Origin: Bacteroidota bacterium
GTDB lineage: Bacteria; Bacteroidota; Bacteroidia; UBA7662
NCBI GenBank assembly: GCA_005799065.1
Contig: SYHW01000068.1
Span: forward strand, 10,272 to 74,271
Direction: 5' to 3'
Length of the DNA stretch: 64,000 nt
The notes below the pieces were generated by a model. It did no database searches. It saw nothing but the letters and a program-made list of their open reading frames with translations, and was not told the origin of the DNA. Position 1 is the first letter of the stretch. The number at the start of each line of letters is the position of its first letter. A program made the position numbers and the translations under genes. Of the stretch, positions 36,302 to 47,200 are shown in pieces.

Positions 36302-37453
36302 TTATGGGAATGGATGATAAACGCATCCTGCGCTGTGGGTGGCCGCCGAACCCGTGTAACACCCATCCAAATTTGGGAGCCCTAAGTAGCGAAGTAGACC
36401 GAAAAAACCGAAGAGCAGCGCCTCTTTATGGGAAATGAGGGCCTCGGATCCTGTTTCCCAATGGCATTGAGCATCTGTAGAAGAGCTTGCCCGAAGGCAG
36501 TCCATGAGAAATTGGTTGAAAGCGCCACCGCCAGTCACCAATATTCGTCCTTTGATTCCCTTGAATTGGAGGTAGTGAGAAACGCATTGAGCGATATGCG
36601 CACACCAGGCCCAAAGCAAATCGTCAGATGACAAATTGGTTGCAGTCAACCGTGGTAAGATGTCTGTTTCGAGTGTTTCTCGGCCCAATGAAGGGGGGGG
36701 AAAGGGACGTAAAAAGTCAATGTCGGCCCATTCTGAAAGGGCGCTGGCCACTCGGGAGCGCTTGGTTTCATCGGCAGCGTTTCTGGCGTTGGCCGCCAGA
36801 GATCCTCCCTGATCGAAGGGGAGTCCAAGGTTCTGGGCGAGCCGATTGAGTACCTGGTTGGCAAAACAGACATCGAATCCAATCCGTTTTCCCTGCTCGT
36901 CGAAGGATAAATTGGCGATTCCACCGAGATTGAGGCAGGCAGCATATTCGGAAAAAAGCAAGGCGTCTCCGTAGGGCACAAGCGGTGCTCCTTGTCCACC
37001 CAAGGCCACATCAACGCGGCGGAAATCGCCCACGACCGGAACGCGAAAGCAGGCCGCGAGCATGGGAGCCGCGGTCATTTGCCAGGTGTAGCCCAATTCG
37101 GGGCGGTGCACCAGGGTATGGCCATGTTCTGCAATCAATAGGGGTTCCCCGAATTGTTCGATGCCCGCTTGAGCGGCGGCTGTGCTGATCTTGCCGAAAT
37201 CATGTTGCAGCAACATGGCCTCGTGAACAGGCAGCAAATGGGCGCGGGTGAGGCGTTCCACCAGTTCTGAAGAGTAGGGCAGGAAGCCACATCCCTCAAT
37301 TTGAAATGACCACTTCGCGTTGAACACTTCAAAATTGGTCATGCACCAGTCTATACCATCGAGTGAACTGCCCGACATCAGCCCCAGAACACGGTAAACT
37401 ACACCATGGTCTTTGCTGTTTATTTGGGGTTTCATGGAAATAAACGGGACCAA
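36302..37453 (-). CDS. anmK: anhydro-N-acetylmuramic acid kinase
   Basis: LGLMSGSSLDGID N-terminal motif and overall AnmK length and pattern. Alternative start at 37435. Confidence 0.88.
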   Translation of the reverse strand: MVPFISMKPQINSKDHGVVYRVLGLMSGSSLDGIDWCMTNFEVFNAKWSFQIEGCGFLPYSSELVERLTRAHLLPVHEAMLLQHDFGKISTAAAQAGIEQFGEPLLIAEHGHTLVHRPELGYTWQMTAAPMLAACFRVPVVGDFRRVDVALGGQGAPLVPYGDALLFSEYAACLNLGGIANLSFDEQGKRIGFDVCFANQVLNRLAQNLGLPFDQGGSLAANARNAADETKRSRVASALSEWADIDFLRPFPPPSLGRETLETDILPRLTATNLSSDDLLWAWCAHIAQCVSHYLQFKGIKGRILVTGGGAFNQFLMDCLRASSSTDAQCHWETGSEALISHKEALLFGFFGLLRYLGLPNLDGCYTGSAATHSAGCVYHPFP

Positions 37454-38404
37454 TCAGCGCGTTTCCAGCCACTGAAAGAGTAAATCGAGTTGGGGCGTAA
37501 GGATAATCTCGGTGCGGCGGTTTCGGGTGCGGGCCTCGGCCGATTTGCCCAACTCAAGCGGTAGATGTTTGCCGCGTCCCGCTGCGGTGATTCGAGCAGG
37601 CGCGATTTGAGGATTATCGACCAGTATTTTAACAATGCTGGTGGCCCTTCGTACGCTTAAATCCCAGTTCAGGGCATCGCCACCCTGGTCGTCGGTGTGT
37701 CCCTCCACCATGATGTTGATGTCTGGGTTGCCCGCCAGTACCTTGCCCAACTCCTGTATGGCTTGTCGACCCCGTGGATCCACCTCGGCACTGCCCACCT
37801 TAAACATGAGTTTTTCAGATAACGATACGTAAACCCTGCCGTTCTGCTCCCGAACAGAGAGTCCGCTCTCCTCAAAGCCGAGGAGGGCCTTACTTATCGT
37901 CTGCCTCAAGTTATTCAGTGTTTGGGCCTGAGCATCCATCATGCCTTGCATTTCTTGAATGCGTGTTTCGCGACTGCGAACATCTCTTTCGAGCAGGATC
38001 AAGTCCTCTTCCCTTTTTCTCAGTTTGGATTCAGTTTCCCTGAGCTCCTTGAGCAATTGGTCCTGTTCGGCTGCGCTGCCTTTCCGTAGAATTTCAGAGG
38101 TGCGGGCCAGTTCAGCATTTTGTTGGTCGAGCTGTTCGATGCGCTCACGGGCCGACCTGAGGTCATGGTTGAACCGAGCGGTGTCGCGCATCAGGCCTTG
38201 GTTGATTTTCTGTGCTGAACTGTAGCGTTGTTCCGATACATCCAATTGGCTCATGAGCCGGGTCTGTTTGGCCTGGCAGCTGTCGTTCAGCGCGTTGACC
38301 GCTTGGTGGCGGTGCTCCAATTCTTTGTGTCGTTTTAGACTAACACAGGACGTCGTTGATCCAAAAATAAACAAATTAATGACTAAAAACCACAATTTAT
38401 TCAT
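37454..38404 (-). CDS. OmpA-family lipoprotein with long coiled coil
   Basis: Lipobox STTSC, about 170 aa of heptad-rich sequence, and a C-terminal GHTDD...LSVRRA...NRRTEIIL OmpA_C motif. The stop abuts the anmK start with no gap. Confidence 0.85.
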   Translation of the reverse strand: MNKLWFLVINLFIFGSTTSCVSLKRHKELEHRHQAVNALNDSCQAKQTRLMSQLDVSEQRYSSAQKINQGLMRDTARFNHDLRSARERIEQLDQQNAELARTSEILRKGSAAEQDQLLKELRETESKLRKREEDLILLERDVRSRETRIQEMQGMMDAQAQTLNNLRQTISKALLGFEESGLSVREQNGRVYVSLSEKLMFKVGSAEVDPRGRQAIQELGKVLAGNPDINIMVEGHTDDQGGDALNWDLSVRRATSIVKILVDNPQIAPARITAAGRGKHLPLELGKSAEARTRNRRTEIILTPQLDLLFQWLETR

Positions 38405-38478
38405 AATAAACTATAATATAATACTAAAAAATACTAATATGATCTAGAGAATTTTGAGGCAAGGCCATGCGATCTTTG

Positions 38479-39687
38479 TCAATAAAAATCGTGCTGGTGG
38501 GGGTAGCGGATGATCCAGGCCTCTTTTACCATGCGCACCAACTCAGCGCGGAGTACATCCATACCCATACGCTTTCGTACGGATACGGAAACAACAGGGC
38601 CATTGTTGGTGTGTTGATGAGGATCAGCCACTTCTCGACCATCTGGCCACTCAGCCTCCCTTTCCTGAACACTAGGGATTAAATCTATTTTATTCATGAC
38701 CGTGAGCATCGGTTTGTCGCGCACCCCTAAATCATGAAGCGTTTGTTGAACCACATGCATCTGAGCAACGTGTCCAGGATGAGAAGCATCCACCACATGC
38801 ACCAAAATATCCGATTCTCTGACTTCATCGAGCGTGCTTTTAAAAGACTCTATGAGGTGATGCGGGAGTTTACGGATGAAACCGACGGTGTCGGATAGTA
38901 GAAATGGTGTGTAGTCGATGACCACTTTTCGAACGGTTGCATCGAGGGTGGCGAACAACAAGTTTTCCGCCAAAACCTCCGATTTGCTAAGTTCTTTCAT
39001 TAACGATGATTTTCCTACATTCGTATAGCCAACGAGGGCCACTCGGATGATTTTTCCCCGGTTTTTCCGTTGGGTGACGTGCTGCCGTTCGATTTCTACC
39101 AGTTTCTCTTTGAGTAAGGTGATTCGATATCGGATGTTGCGCCGGTCTGTTTCAATCTCTTTCTCACCAGGGCCCTTCATGCCAATGCCACCTTTTTGCT
39201 TGCTGAGGTGGGTCCACATCCGGGTAAGTCGCGGGAGCAAATACTCATGCTGGGCCAGCTCTACTTGTGTGCGGCTTTGCGCTGAACGGGCGCGTGAGGC
39301 GAAAATATCCAGGATTAAGGTGCTTCGGTCGAGTATTTTGACGCGCGCCTCGAGGAGGTCGGGGTTGAACAAACGTTCCAGATTTCTGAGTTGGGCAGGA
39401 CTCAACTCATCATCGACCAAAACCAAGTCAATTTGCTCTATCCGCACATACTCTTCTACCTCTTTAATTTTCCCCGAACCGAGGTAGGTGCGGGAATCGG
39501 GAGCAGGCAATCGTTGAACAAAGCGTTTTTGAACCGTTGCGCCAGCCGTTTTGGCCAAAAACTCCAACTCATCGAGGTGCTCGCTGCATAATGTCTCGCC
39601 CAGCGATGGAATTATGATGCCGAGCATCACAGCGCGTTCGGGCCCTGTCGATGATGTAGGCAAAGGGGAGGCCTGCTTTGCCATCAA
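38479..39687 (-). CDS. hflX: GTPase HflX
   Basis: HflX N-domain and G-domain motifs GYTNVGKSS, DTVGF and NKID. Confidence 0.93.
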   Translation of the reverse strand: MMAKQASPLPTSSTGPERAVMLGIIIPSLGETLCSEHLDELEFLAKTAGATVQKRFVQRLPAPDSRTYLGSGKIKEVEEYVRIEQIDLVLVDDELSPAQLRNLERLFNPDLLEARVKILDRSTLILDIFASRARSAQSRTQVELAQHEYLLPRLTRMWTHLSKQKGGIGMKGPGEKEIETDRRNIRYRITLLKEKLVEIERQHVTQRKNRGKIIRVALVGYTNVGKSSLMKELSKSEVLAENLLFATLDATVRKVVIDYTPFLLSDTVGFIRKLPHHLIESFKSTLDEVRESDILVHVVDASHPGHVAQMHVVQQTLHDLGVRDKPMLTVMNKIDLIPSVQEREAEWPDGREVADPHQHTNNGPVVSVSVRKRMGMDVLRAELVRMVKEAWIIRYPHQHDFY

Positions 39688-41561
39688 TCGACTTTCAATG
39701 CGTCGCCCCGCAGTTCTCTGAACCGCCTGCGGGCATCTACGGTGAATAAGCTATCCGGGTATTCCTCGAGCATTTTTTGATACAATCCGAGGGCATCCTC
39801 TGATTTGCCCTCCCGTTCACAAAGCCTTGCTAATGCGATTAGGGCATCATCCGCTAGTATGTCTTTGGGGTGATCTTTGAGCAGCGACTCATAACTGAAA
39901 CGTGCTCCGGCTAAATCACCGGTTTTTTCTTGAATGGAGGCCTTTCGGAACCAGATTTCATCGCGTAGACTATGATCAGGCAGTTCAAGCAGCATAGCAT
40001 CGAAGGCGCGAAGAGCCGAGTCAAATTGTTGACGCTTCATCATTAACTCAGCTCGGGCAAAATTCATGAGTGGTAATTGACTGGTGTCGAGGTTAAAATT
40101 ATCGGCGATGAGCAGCGATAACTCCATGGCGTCATTCGAAATTTTATGGGTGGTGCCTGCCTTCAAAATGTCGAGCTGTGCCTGGGCCCATTCAAATTCA
40201 AAACGGAAATAGGAAAGACGGGCGTTGCGCAAACGGGCCTCCTGGCCAATAACGTCTTCAATATAATCTTTATCGACCTGACCATAAAGCAATTGTGCCT
40301 CCCAGAGTTCGTCGGTCAACAAGAATAAATCGGCCAGTTCCAACTTAGCTTCAGCGCGTTTGCGGGCATCACCCGGCCCGGCAATGGCTTCTTCCAGTAG
40401 TTGAATTCCTTCATCAAAGCTACCCAATTCATAGGCTAGAATGTGGGCCAAGCCCTTTTTGAGGGGTAGAGCAAGGTTGGGATGACGTACATCTGTGATC
40501 ACAAGCCTGTATTGATCGGCTAGTTGCGACCACGATTCGCGACCCGCACGATCTCGTTCCAACATCAACTGTTTGTTGTGTAAGCGGTTCATGCGGGCAT
40601 CGAACCATACAGGTAAAGCCGGACCTGCATCTATGAGGTATTGATAGATCTCATCGGCTGCGGCATAATCCCGATTTTCGGTGGCCGTTGTGGCCAAAGC
40701 AAGAAGGCGCGTACCGCCTTCTTTTTTGCGGGTATCCAGGGCACGAGCCTGCACAAATGCCAAACTGAAGTCCTTCTGTTGAACGAAATACCAAACGGCC
40801 AGTTCAGGAAGAAGAAGGTCATCGGGGTATTTCTGCAATGCGGCCATCAATTTTTCTCGAAAAACTTCGAAATCCTCCACAGCGATGTTGCTCTGTAATT
40901 GCTTTTGAATGTGCCCCATCTGCTGGGGGTTCTTAACTAGATACTCCAGGTAATTCTCAACCATCCGAGCTTTTTGACCAGTTGCCCGATACAACTCAGC
41001 CAATTCAAGAACAAAAGCGTCGGGCTTATTCATTTGTTGGGCTCCTTGTTCATAAACCCGAATGGCATAGTCATTTTCAGCCCTGATCTGGAAACTGAAA
41101 GCATAGGAAAGCAAGCGATTGCGGTCGGTGGGGAGTTTTTTGAAGATTTCCTCGAATGCGGCCAAAGCCTTGGCTTCCTTGTTTTGTTGGCGGAGCGACA
41201 CCGCCTGGTCGATCACAAATTGGATGTCCTCAGGAAATTTTTTACTTAGAAAAGCAGCCATGCTTTCGGCACGTTTAAAATCACTTAAGCGCGTGTAGGC
41301 TGCATATAGATAGTTGTAGGCGTTTCGCTCACCGGGATTGGTTTTTAACAACTGTTCTAAAACTTCCGCTGCTTTATCGAATTCCTCCTGTTGAAAATAA
41401 TTGATCCCCAATTGCATTTGGGATTTGGGGTCCTGTTGGGCATGGGCATACGAGCCGAAGAAACAGGATAGTACCAGATAAAATCCCACAAAAAGGGTTG
41501 AAACAGCGTCAAATTGAGCCCGCGAAAAAGGCGCTTTTGAAAAGACGGGAGTAGCGGTCAT
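39684..41561 (-). CDS. large TPR-repeat protein (secreted/periplasmic)
   Basis: 625 aa. N-terminal hydrophobic segment and TPR-like helical repeats throughout. 4-nt overlap with hflX. Confidence 0.75.
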   Translation of the reverse strand: MTATPVFSKAPFSRAQFDAVSTLFVGFYLVLSCFFGSYAHAQQDPKSQMQLGINYFQQEEFDKAAEVLEQLLKTNPGERNAYNYLYAAYTRLSDFKRAESMAAFLSKKFPEDIQFVIDQAVSLRQQNKEAKALAAFEEIFKKLPTDRNRLLSYAFSFQIRAENDYAIRVYEQGAQQMNKPDAFVLELAELYRATGQKARMVENYLEYLVKNPQQMGHIQKQLQSNIAVEDFEVFREKLMAALQKYPDDLLLPELAVWYFVQQKDFSLAFVQARALDTRKKEGGTRLLALATTATENRDYAAADEIYQYLIDAGPALPVWFDARMNRLHNKQLMLERDRAGRESWSQLADQYRLVITDVRHPNLALPLKKGLAHILAYELGSFDEGIQLLEEAIAGPGDARKRAEAKLELADLFLLTDELWEAQLLYGQVDKDYIEDVIGQEARLRNARLSYFRFEFEWAQAQLDILKAGTTHKISNDAMELSLLIADNFNLDTSQLPLMNFARAELMMKRQQFDSALRAFDAMLLELPDHSLRDEIWFRKASIQEKTGDLAGARFSYESLLKDHPKDILADDALIALARLCEREGKSEDALGLYQKMLEEYPDSLFTVDARRRFRELRGDALKVD

Positions 41562-41620
41562 GGAATCAACAACGCAGAAGTTGGTTAAAAGTGTAAAAAT
41601 ACGGCGATTTCGCCACCGCT

Positions 41621-41665
41621 GAAACGTCTATTTTGAAGCCTATGAAACGCCTATTTTTGAAGCCT
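41621..41665 (+). repeat. tandem duplication (about 22 bp x2) immediately upstream of the radA start, containing a TAnnTTTG box
   Basis: gaaacgtctattttgaagcct (41621-41641) and gaaacgcctatttttgaagcct (41644-41665). The second copy carries TATTTTTG at 41652-41659, 7 nt before the ATG at 41667. Confidence 0.8.
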
Positions 41666-41666
41666 C

Positions 41667-43025
41667 ATGGCAGCACGCATCAAAACAGAGTGGATATGCA
41701 CAGAATGCGGTTCAGTGCAACCCAAATGGTCGGGTCGATGTCCATCCTGCAGCGCTTGGAATACATTGGAAGAGGAATTGAAATCGGCAACAGTCGACTC
41801 AGCAGCGCGTGGATCGGCCACAACTTCTCAACCCATACTGCTTTCCGAGGTTCCTCAAACAGAATTTCAGAGGGTAGTTTGTCAGGATAAAGAACTCAAC
41901 CGCGTATTGGGAGGCGGCATCGTACCCGGAGCCGTCATGCTCATGGGGGGCGAACCCGGAATTGGTAAGTCGACTCTATTGCTCCAATTGGCCTTAGAAG
42001 AAATAGGTCCCGCTCCTATATTATATGCCTGTGGTGAAGAAAGTGCTGCTCAAGTTCGTCAACGTGCCTTGCGATTGGGCGGGAATTTGAATCGGTGCTA
42101 CTTATTGGCCGAAACCTCTGTGCCCATCATTTTGGAAGCAGCAGACCGCCTGAAGGCACGCATGATCATCATCGATTCTATTCAAACCATGTCGGATCCC
42201 CATATCGACGCGGTGGCGGGGAGCGTTGCCCAGATCCGTTATGCAGCAGCGCAGTTCACCGATTTTGCGAAAGAGCGGAATGTGCCCTTGTGGCTCATCG
42301 GGCATATCACTAAGGAGGGACAGCTAGCGGGACCCAAGTTGTTGGAGCATTTGGTCGACACCGTACTTCAATTTGAGGGCGATCGGCACCTTAATCTCCG
42401 ATTGGTGCGCTGCCTGAAAAATAGATTTGGGAGTACGCTTGAGTTGGGAATCTATGAGATGGCTTCGGCCGGACTACAGCCTGTGGCCGATCCCGCACTT
42501 TGGTTTTCAGGCCGCACGATGCCCGGTTTATCCGGCATGGCCACCGGATCGAGTCGGGAGGGTAATCGAGCCCTGCTGGTGGAAGTTCAAGCATTGGTAA
42601 CCCCCTCAGTTTTTGGCGTACCCCAGCGGGGTGGAACAGGAATGGACAGCCGTCGACTCGCTATGCTGCTGGCGGTCCTCGAAAAAAGATGTGGCCTAAG
42701 AATGGGCCCGAGCGACGTGTTTTTGAACATCACAGGTGGACTCAAAACCGAGGATCCTGCCATGGACTTGGCGGTTTGTGTGGCTCTAGCGGGTTCTGCC
42801 AAAGATCGGGTGATCGATGCACCGATGTTGTTTGCCGCAGAAATTGGATTAGGCGGTGAACTTCGTCCGGTTACCGCAATAGAAGCGCGCCTGGGCGAGG
42901 CTTCCCGCCTAGGATACAACCTAGCTTGCGTGGCCGATCAGCAGCCCATCGCACAGATACCCAAGGGCATGCGCATCCTCAAACACACCCTTCTTCGAGG
43001 ACTGTTAGAAGAAGTTCTGGCCTGA
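41667..43025 (+). CDS. radA: DNA repair protein RadA/Sms
   Basis: Zinc ribbon CTECGSVQPKWSGRCPSC, Walker A GGEPGIGKST, KNRFG motif and a Lon-like C-domain. Confidence 0.95.
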   Translation: MAARIKTEWICTECGSVQPKWSGRCPSCSAWNTLEEELKSATVDSAARGSATTSQPILLSEVPQTEFQRVVCQDKELNRVLGGGIVPGAVMLMGGEPGIGKSTLLLQLALEEIGPAPILYACGEESAAQVRQRALRLGGNLNRCYLLAETSVPIILEAADRLKARMIIIDSIQTMSDPHIDAVAGSVAQIRYAAAQFTDFAKERNVPLWLIGHITKEGQLAGPKLLEHLVDTVLQFEGDRHLNLRLVRCLKNRFGSTLELGIYEMASAGLQPVADPALWFSGRTMPGLSGMATGSSREGNRALLVEVQALVTPSVFGVPQRGGTGMDSRRLAMLLAVLEKRCGLRMGPSDVFLNITGGLKTEDPAMDLAVCVALAGSAKDRVIDAPMLFAAEIGLGGELRPVTAIEARLGEASRLGYNLACVADQQPIAQIPKGMRILKHTLLRGLLEEVLA

Positions 43026-43103
43026 TTAAGATGCGGATTAGATAATCTGCGGATTGGGTAATGTGCGAAACAGAGACAAGACGGCGCGAGAAGACCCAAA
43101 ATC

Positions 43104-44045
43104 CTATTCGCACATGCGTGCCTTGGTTTGTAGAAACTCATCCCATATGCGGCGCACCAACGCCCCGGCGGGCAGAATTTCGTCGATACCCGCCGAAACC
43201 TGTCCGATTTCCAATTCACCGTAGATCAAATCCCCTTCGAACATGCCTTTTTTGGCACGACCCCTTCCCAGCAGTGCCGATAAGGCCGCTGCGTCGGCTC
43301 CTTGAGCCTCAGCAGCCACAACTTGATCGAAAAAGGGGTTTTTTAACAAGCGAACAGGGGTGAGCGCCTTCAGCGACAATCGGGTGTCGCCCTCACTCGC
43401 CTTGAGCACTGCTTCTTTGAAGGATTGATGGGCCGAAGATTCGTGTGTGGCCACAAAACGACTCCCCAGTTGTGCGGCGTCGGCCCCCAAGGCCATTACC
43501 GCGTAGACTGCGGAACCCGATGCAATTCCGCCTGCAGCAATCAGGGGCAAAGCGGTGGCCTTTCTTACCTGAGGAATTAAACATAAGGTGGTAGTTTCTT
43601 CGCGACCATTGTGACCGCCTGCCTCGAAACCTTCGGCTACCACGGCGTCTACACCCGCTCGTTCGGCCTTTTGGGCAAAGGCAGCGCTCGAAACCACATG
43701 CACCACTTTAATGCCGTGCTCCTTGAGGGTGGATGTATATTTGGCCGGATTGCCTGCCGAAGTAAAAACAATCGGCACCTTATTTTCGATAATCAGATGG
43801 AGATGCTCGTCGATCTGGGGGTATAAGAGTGGAAGATTCACAGCAAAAGGAGCGCTGGTGGCCTCTCGACAACGCTTCAACTGCAACGCCAAAACATCAG
43901 GATACATTGAGCCCGCTCCTATGATGCCCAAACCACCCGCCTCGCTTACAGCTGAGGCCAATTCCCATCCACTGCACCAGATCATGCCGGCCTGTATGAT
44001 GGGGTATGAGATATTGAATAGCTGACAAATTCTATTTTCTGTCAT
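43104..44045 (-). CDS. NAD(P)H-dependent flavin oxidoreductase (nitronate monooxygenase / FabK-like family)
   Basis: YPIIQAGMIWCSGWELASAVSEAGGLGIIG N-terminus and a TIM-barrel FMN pattern (AAGGIASG). Confidence 0.85.
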   Translation of the reverse strand: MTENRICQLFNISYPIIQAGMIWCSGWELASAVSEAGGLGIIGAGSMYPDVLALQLKRCREATSAPFAVNLPLLYPQIDEHLHLIIENKVPIVFTSAGNPAKYTSTLKEHGIKVVHVVSSAAFAQKAERAGVDAVVAEGFEAGGHNGREETTTLCLIPQVRKATALPLIAAGGIASGSAVYAVMALGADAAQLGSRFVATHESSAHQSFKEAVLKASEGDTRLSLKALTPVRLLKNPFFDQVVAAEAQGADAAALSALLGRGRAKKGMFEGDLIYGELEIGQVSAGIDEILPAGALVRRIWDEFLQTKARMCE

Positions 44046-44235
44046 TGGGGAATAGGAATAGTTGAAATCTTATGGGTTCTTGTTGAAATCGATTGGGCGT
44101 TAATCACTGCAAACTACGAAAATCAAGCACATCTTGCTGATGTATTCCTAAAGATTAATTTAGTGTGAATTGGCACTTGCATAAGTTCGTTCTCCTTGCT
44201 ATGTTGCACCTCGATTTTACTTTAAGCCGATTTGT

Positions 44236-47200
44236 ATGAAAAAAACGCTCTACGCTGGATTTTTCCTGTTTTTTGCTTGCATCGCCACGGCCTTCGGACA
44301 GGCCGGTACGGGTACCCTGCAAGGAAAAGTGGTGGATGACCTCAAGCCCAAGGAAGGGATTCCCTTCGCCAACGTGATTTTGGAGCAAAATGGTGCCCAA
44401 AAATCGGGTACCACCACAGACATTAACGGAGCCTATAAATTCGGTGCGGTACCTCCCGGAAAATATGATGTAAAGGTGTCTTATGTGGGCTACAACACCC
44501 GTGAAATCAAGGGTGTGTTGGTAACAGCCGACAAATCCAATTTTTTGGACATTCGCATGACGTCAGGGGTCGATTTGAGTGTCATTGACGTGGTCGATTA
44601 CGAGGTTCCACTGATCTCCAAAGACGAAACCTCAACTGGAGGCACAGTAACCCGTGAGGAGATCGCCGCTCTGCCAACCCGCGACGTAAACTCCATTGCG
44701 GCCACCACAGCGGGTGTTTTCCAGCAAGACGAAGGCAGTGCATTGAACATTAGGGGTTCTCGTTCGTCATCCACAGAATATTTTATTGATGGTATTCGTG
44801 TTCGGGGAACGACCAACTTGCCCAACGCTGCGATTGAACAAACTACAGTTATTACCGGGGGTATTCCTGCCCAATACGGAGACGCCACGGGCGGTATCAT
44901 CAACATCACAACCCGCGGCCCTTCGGGTCAATTCTATGGTGGAGCCGAGGTATTGAGTTCTTTTAAGGTGTTGGAGCCATATGGGTATAATTTGTATGCG
45001 CTCAACTTTTCCGGTCCACTGGCTAAGTCCAAAGACCGTTCCGTACTGGGGTACTTTCTTTCGGCAGAATACGAAACGCAAGTCGATCCCCGTCCATCTG
45101 CCGTCGGTGTTTGGTCGCTCAGGCCTGAAGTCCTCGACTCAATCAGCAATAATCCCTACAGGGCCTCCATTTTTGGCAGCGGCGTAAACCGCAACTCAGA
45201 ATTTGTGACCCGAGATGACATGGTATTGGGCCAGGTTCGCCCCAATGCCAACCGCGACCGTTTATCGGTTGCTGGAAAAATTGATTTCCAGCCTACACCC
45301 TTAATCGGATTTACGGTAGGTGGTAACTATGATTATGTGGATTTTCGCAACTACAGCCGTGCGAATCTGTTGTTTAGTCCAAACAACATGGGCTTCAACA
45401 CAGAGACCACAACCCGTATGTATGCACGATACAAGCAGAATTTTGCATCCTCCCAAGATGCAACGATTAAGAACGCTTACTACACGTTGCAGTTCGACTA
45501 TACCAATTCAGGTACTACCCAAGATGGTGGTGATGCGTTGGGAAGGAATCCCTTTAACTACGGCCATATTGGTAAGTTCGACTACAGCCAATTGCCCATT
45601 TTCCTGAGCGGTTCATTCGTAGATTCGGCGTCTGGCCTGCCGGTGCGCTACGATGATGTTCAGATCCTTCAGGGATTTGGTGATCGTAATCTTCGTTTCA
45701 CGCCCAGCACCATCGACCCGGGTTTATCGGTTTGGGGCACAAGCTTTTTCAATGTGCTCAGTGCAACTGAGTTCAATAGCCTGAGCGATGTGCGCTTGTT
45801 CGGCGGCTTGGTGAATGGTCTTCGTCCAGGATCAGCCTATGGTATTTGGCAAGATCCAGGCCGGCAATTTGGAGGCTATAGCTACTCGAATAACGACCTT
45901 TTCCGCTTCACCGGATTTTTCTCGGCTGATATTGGCAAGCATGCACTCAAATTCGGTTTTGAGTACGATCAACGCATCGACCGGGGGTATTCTGTGAGCG
46001 CCTATGCCGGTGGTATTGGTTTGTGGGGGATTGCCAGGGCATTAACAAACCGACACATTCTCGAATTAGATTTGGACAACCCGCTGATCGACCGTGATGA
46101 ATTTGGTTTTATGCTGGGGGATACAGTTCGCTACAACCGACTCTACAATGCGGCCAATCAATCGACCTTCGACCGCAATCTTCGTCGCTCGCTGGGCTAT
46201 GCAGACAATGATTTGAGATTCATCAATGTTGATAATTTGGATCCTGACCAATTGAAGCTGAGCTTCTTCTCTGCTGAGGAGTTGTTGAACCAAGGTAATT
46301 CTTTCGTGTCGTATAATGGATATGACTACCTCGGAAACCGTCTGGCTAAAAATCCTGGGTTCTTGGATTTCTTCAACGACCGAATCAATCGCCCGATTCC
46401 TGCTTTTCAACCCATTTATATGGCGGGCTTTATTGAGGATAAGTTTGCCTTCGATGACCTCGTGTTTCGTGTAGGTGTGCGGGTTGACCGTTTTGATGCC
46501 AATCAGCCTGTTTTGGCCGACCGTTTCCTGCTTTATCCGGCGAGAACTTTGGCCGAGGTTGATGGAGCCCTTAATTCATCGGGTGCTCACCCCAGCATTG
46601 TGCCCACCAATGCTGTTGTGTATGTTAATGATGTCAACACACCGAACCCTACGATTCTGGGTTATCGTTCTGGGGTACAGTGGTACACCGCCCAAGGAAC
46701 TGAAGTGCGGAATGCATCGGGAATTGCCGCCGCCTCTGCATCGGGTAGGGTAACCCCTTATCTTCGTGATACTAGACAAAATGAAGTCCGTGCCGATGCC
46801 TTTGTCGATTACACTCCGCAAATTAATTTCATGCCCCGCGTGGCGTTTTCATTCCCTATTTCCGATGAGGCACAGTTTTTTGCCCATTACGACGTCTTGA
46901 CCCAGCGCCCCAGTGATTTCTTCCGTTTCGATCCTCGACAGTATTTCTTTTTACAACAAATCGGAGGAACGATCAACAACCCTGACCTCAAGCCAGAGCG
47001 CACGATCGACTATCAGTTGGGTTTCAAGCAGAGATTGAATAAGTCCTCAGCCCTCACCATCAGTGCTTTCTACCGCGAGTTGCGCAATATGATCCAAATC
47101 ATCAATGTTCCTTTTGCTTTTCCATTGGACTACCGCACTTATGGTAACATTGACTTCGGAACAGTTAAAGGCTTAACATTAAGTTATGACCTCCGCAGAA

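Noticed and set aside
41633-41890. 85-aa ORF overlapping the radA start
   Set aside because: It is out of frame with radA, and its translation has no protein-like features. radA has a canonical zinc-ribbon N-terminus starting at 41667.
43033-43115. Hairpin after radA (gcggatta/taatctgc) and a 9-bp inverted repeat atgtgcgaa / ttcgcacat, considered as a bidirectional terminator
   Set aside because: The first stem has a minimal loop and no U-tract. The second pair is separated by 37 nt, and its right arm lies inside the last codons of the minus-strand oxidoreductase gene. This is too weak to call.
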